Of a stretch of 64,000 nt of DNA, positions 61,602-64,000 are shown piece after piece; the first letter of the stretch is position 1; each line of letters opens with the position of its first letter. The stretch comes from Enterobacteria phage ATK47. The position numbers were made by a program, and so were the translations under genes. The stretch is taken from sequence record NC_055708.1; one strand, written 5' to 3'. The notes under the pieces are model-generated. The model did not search any database, was not told the origin of the DNA, and saw nothing but the letters and a program-made list of their open reading frames with translations.

Positions 61602-61720
61602 TATGCTTTACATTTTTTGATGGTATAATGAATCTAGGTTCTATCCATTCAAATTAAACATCCGGCCAGAGACAGAGTCTCTGCTAATTATTTTGATATT
61701 ATTATTTATAATGGTGATTT

Positions 61721-62719
61721 ATGTTTAAGAAATACAGCAGTCTTGAAAACCACTACAACTCTAAGTTTATTGAAAAACTCTACACTAATGGTTTGACTAC
61801 TGGTGTTTGGGTAGCACGTGAGAAAATCCATGGGACTAACTTCTCGTTAATAATTGAACGTGACAACGTCACATGCGCCAAGCGCACAGGCCCTATTCTT
61901 CCAGCAGAAGATTTTTATGGTTATGAAATCGTACTCAAGAAGTATGATAAGGCTATTAAAGCCGTTCAAGATGTCATGTACACAGCTCGAGCCGTATCAT
62001 ATCAAGTATTCGGTGAATTCGCTGGTGGTGGAATCCAGAAAGGTGTTGACTACGGTGAAAAAGATTTTTATGTGTTCGATATCATTATCAATACAGAAAG
62101 TGGTGATAATACGTATTTGACCGATTACGAAATGCAAGATTTCTGTAATGAATTCGGTTTTAAAATGGCACCAATGCTTGGTCGTGGAACATTTGATGCT
62201 CTTATCACGATTCCAAATGACCTTGATTCCGTCTTAGCCGCTTATAATGCTACTGCGTCAGAAGACCTTGTAGAAGCAAATAATTGTGTATTTGATGCTA
62301 ATGTTATTGGCGATAATACGGCAGAAGGTTATGTTCTGAAGCCTTGTTTCCCTAAATGGCTGCCAAACGGTGCTCGTGTAGCGATTAAGTGCAAGAACTC
62401 TAAATTCAGTGAAAAGAAAAAGTCTGATAAGCCTATTAAAACTCAGGTTCCATTAACCGAAATTGACAAAAACTTGCTTGATGTTCTAGCTTGTTATGTT
62501 ACATTAAATCGTGTTAATAATGTTATTTCTAAGATTGGGACTGTAACGCCAAAAGATTTTGGCAAAGTGATGGGATTGACTGTTCAAGATATTCTGGAAG
62601 AAACTTCTCGCGAAGGTATTGTATTAACATCATCTGATAATCCAAATCTTGTTAAGAAAGAATTAGTCCGAATGGTGCAAGATGTTCTGCGTCCTGCATG
62701 GATTGAATTAGTATCATAA
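61721..62719 (+). CDS. rnlB: RNA ligase 2
   Basis: 332 aa (T4 Rnl2 334 aa); motif [10 protein letters not shown] (active-site Lys). Confidence 0.75.
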   Translation: MFKKYSSLENHYNSKFIEKLYTNGLTTGVWVAREKIHGTNFSLIIERDNVTCAKRTGPILPAEDFYGYEIVLKKYDKAIKAVQDVMYTARAVSYQVFGEFAGGGIQKGVDYGEKDFYVFDIIINTESGDNTYLTDYEMQDFCNEFGFKMAPMLGRGTFDALITIPNDLDSVLAAYNATASEDLVEANNCVFDANVIGDNTAEGYVLKPCFPKWLPNGARVAIKCKNSKFSEKKKSDKPIKTQVPLTEIDKNLLDVLACYVTLNRVNNVISKIGTVTPKDFGKVMGLTVQDILEETSREGIVLTSSDNPNLVKKELVRMVQDVLRPAWIELVS

Positions 62720-62727
62720 TGAAAAAA

Positions 62728-62750
62728 GGGACCGTAAGGTCCCTTTTTTT
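62728..62750. terminator. Bidirectional stem-loop gggaccGTAAggtccc + T8 between rnlB and gene 24
   Basis: Perfect 6-bp stem with GNRA-type loop flanked by A-run and T-run. Confidence 0.65.
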
Positions 62751-64000
62751 TATTCATCAATGATAATTTTTGGTAGCTTAACACCGAGTAAAACAGACAA
62801 GTCTGAACGTCCTGCCATTTTATCCATGTCCCCGCCATCAATTATTCTCGCTTCTTTTTCATCTTTTGCTACTGTGTAAGGATTTGCTGATAAAGCATAT
62901 CTAACCAATAATCCGATAGACGGTTGCAAGCTTTCTGGATCAACTACAACTTTAAATGCACCAACATGTTCTGGGTCATCTAAATCTACTCCTTCAGTGT
63001 ATGGAGCATAAAAGATGGACCCTACAATTTCTTTTTCACCGAGATTTTCTACAACACCCACAATAACATAATCTAGCGGGCTGTTGGTATCGCAGTAAAG
63101 AGGTAATCCATTTGCCAAGAATCCATAAGCATTTTGTGAAAGATACTTGTCATCTTCTGGCTTATGTTTTAACCAACCAGAAGCAGCAAGAATAGCAGCT
63201 GCACGAGCTGAGGCTACACAAAACGTTGCAGTATAAGTTGTCTCTTTTTGAATGTGTGATACCATTTCACACACCATTCGATATAATGAACGACCTGCTT
63301 CTGGAGCGGATGTATAGCTCAAGTCAATAAATCCGGTGTCAGTAATTCCAGTAACTTTATAACGTTTCGATACAGTAATTAAAGACTGAAGAATATCTTT
63401 ATTAATTTCATCTGCCATTTCAGTAGCAAGCAAATCTTCTAAGAAGTTAGGGGCATCAAATCCATTCGCTTCCAAATCTTGCGCTAATTCGACCGTGAGG
63501 CCAGTTTTAAGTTTACGAGATTTGACTGCAGTTTGCCATTTATTAATCTGGAATCTTGCATCAGAAATTTCGCTATCAGAGCTTTCAAATTTGCTTGTTA
63601 CCGCTGCATCTGAAAATAACCGTACCTTTAAATGAACGACTGCAATCTGAAGAGCTAATTCTAGATCACTTTCTTGAATATCTGCAAATGGTGTATCTTC
63701 TAACACCTTATAGACAATATTATTATATTTGAAAAAATCACCTTTATTTAGTGTGACTTTTGATTCTTCTGTGAGCTCGGTAATTTTTTCTCGGTCTACA
63801 TATCCAACTTCGCCTGCATAAGTAGCACCAGTTTTAAATGTGAATTCGTTATCTGGGTTAAGATATTTGATACCATAAAAAGCAGCAACAGGTTGATTAG
63901 TTCTTTGTGTTGCTACAATGTCAGAATATATTAATTTAGTCGTAGCGCGAGTCAAAGCAACGAGATTTGGGCGACCAATTGAGTTGCTAGTAGACGTTGT
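62750..64000 (-). CDS. 24: Head vertex protein gp24 (N-terminus extends beyond window end)
   Basis: Reverse-strand frame is open to position 64000 (reads ...TTSTSNSIGRPNLVALTRATTKLIYSDIV...), matching recalled T4 gp24 nearly exactly. Confidence 0.9.
   Translation of the reverse strand, partial: TTSTSNSIGRPNLVALTRATTKLIYSDIVATQRTNQPVAAFYGIKYLNPDNEFTFKTGATYAGEVGYVDREKITELTEESKVTLNKGDFFKYNNIVYKVLEDTPFADIQESDLELALQIAVVHLKVRLFSDAAVTSKFESSDSEISDARFQINKWQTAVKSRKLKTGLTVELAQDLEANGFDAPNFLEDLLATEMADEINKDILQSLITVSKRYKVTGITDTGFIDLSYTSAPEAGRSLYRMVCEMVSHIQKETTYTATFCVASARAAAILAASGWLKHKPEDDKYLSQNAYGFLANGLPLYCDTNSPLDYVIVGVVENLGEKEIVGSIFYAPYTEGVDLDDPEHVGAFKVVVDPESLQPSIGLLVRYALSANPYTVAKDEKEARIIDGGDMDKMAGRSDLSVLLGVKLPKIIIDE

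Overview
This 64 kb window is a segment of a T4-like (T-even, Tequatrovirus-type) myovirus genome, and it appears to begin at a contig end because bases 1-14 match an Illumina adapter tail. Read on the + strand, gene order is colinear with T4 read counter-clockwise: topoisomerase II large subunit (39, with the gene-60 region fused in frame) - rIIA - rIIB - ndd - 52 - motA - asiA - [holin t, 38, 37, 36, 35, 34 on the minus strand] - rnh - dsbA - 33 - 59 - 32 - frd - td - nrdA - nrdB - denA - rnlA - alc - spanins - pseT - cd - 31 - DNA ligase 30 - alt - [baseplate hub 54, 48, 29, 28, 27, 51 on the minus strand] - 26 - 25 - uvsY - [uvsW minus] - inh - hoc - rnlB - [24 minus, partial]. Calls rest on motifs read directly from the ORF translations plus recalled T4 protein sizes and sequences; no database search was run. 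No rRNA, tRNA or CRISPR array was found. Content outside the canonical T4 set, and the best candidates for follow-up: an AroG-type DAHP synthase with intact catalytic residues inserted between pseT and cd; a GT-B fold glycosyltransferase between gene 39 and rIIA; a NADAR-like protein next to a HAD-type hydrolase upstream of DNA ligase; a tandem pair of diverged paralogs downstream of gene 32; and at least 16 copies of an early promoter-leader-RBS cassette, many with dyad symmetry around the -10 box. td and nrdB are uninterrupted (no introns) and no homing endonuclease ORFs were recognised.
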